A stretch of 64,000 bases of DNA from Paraspadella gotoi (taxonomy: Eukaryota; Animalia; Chaetognatha). A program made the translations under genes and the position numbers. Under the pieces are notes generated by a model. The model saw only the letters and a program-made list of their open reading frames with translations, did no database searches and was not told the origin of the DNA. The DNA lies in assembly GCA_051294375.1 (NCBI GenBank), contig CM119265.1, positions 9,806,339 through 9,870,338 on the forward strand, written 5' to 3'. Of this stretch, positions 63,976 through 64,000 are shown piece after piece; position 1 is the first letter of the stretch, and each line of letters opens with the position of its first letter.

Positions 63976-64000
63976 TCTATACCTGTCTTCCATCGTTCCT
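53229..64000. repeat. ~5 kb duplication (53229-~58230 vs 58982-64000), each copy starting after a 25-N gap; probable gap-fill artefact
   Basis: Both copies start with TGCTAAACCGATCTCC right after 25 Ns and stay collinear. The second copy carries dense 1-2 bp indels around 59280-61600. Confidence 0.85.
57900..58062. promoter_or_regulatory. Cluster of CCAAT boxes (NF-Y-type promoter candidate)
   Basis: CATTGG (~57903), GACCAATCAG (~57938), CAATTGG (58041) and CTGATTGG (~58055) within 160 bp; mostly repeated in the duplicate near 63700-63870. Confidence 0.3.

Overview
AT-rich eukaryotic DNA, probably from an invertebrate metazoan (inference from intron style, SINEs and gene content). It comes from a draft, gap-filled assembly rich in (AG)n, (AAAG)n and (GAC)n microsatellites. 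About 20 kb lies in near-identical duplicated blocks, several starting at 25-N gaps, which look like scaffolding or gap-filling artefacts. Most ORFs in the supplied track are microsatellite or N-run noise. Three spliced genes can be built by hand with consistent splice phases. (1) A ~908-aa multi-pass membrane protein with an N-terminal XK-related (Xkr scramblase-like) domain (+, 37808-40843). (2) A 188-aa two-EF-hand calmodulin-like protein with a Gly/Tyr-rich linker, a polybasic stretch and a terminal CaaX box, CSIL (-, 45707-43657). (3) A 271-aa secreted protein made of seven 6-Cys half-VWC-like modules on symmetric phase-1 exons (+, 47462-49423). Also present: a minimal type I hammerhead ribozyme, two tRNA-derived SINE-like elements, a Helentron/HINE-like element, a TTAA-flanked non-autonomous DNA transposon, minisatellites and candidate promoter/enhancer motif clusters. 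No database search was run; family calls rest on recognised motifs.
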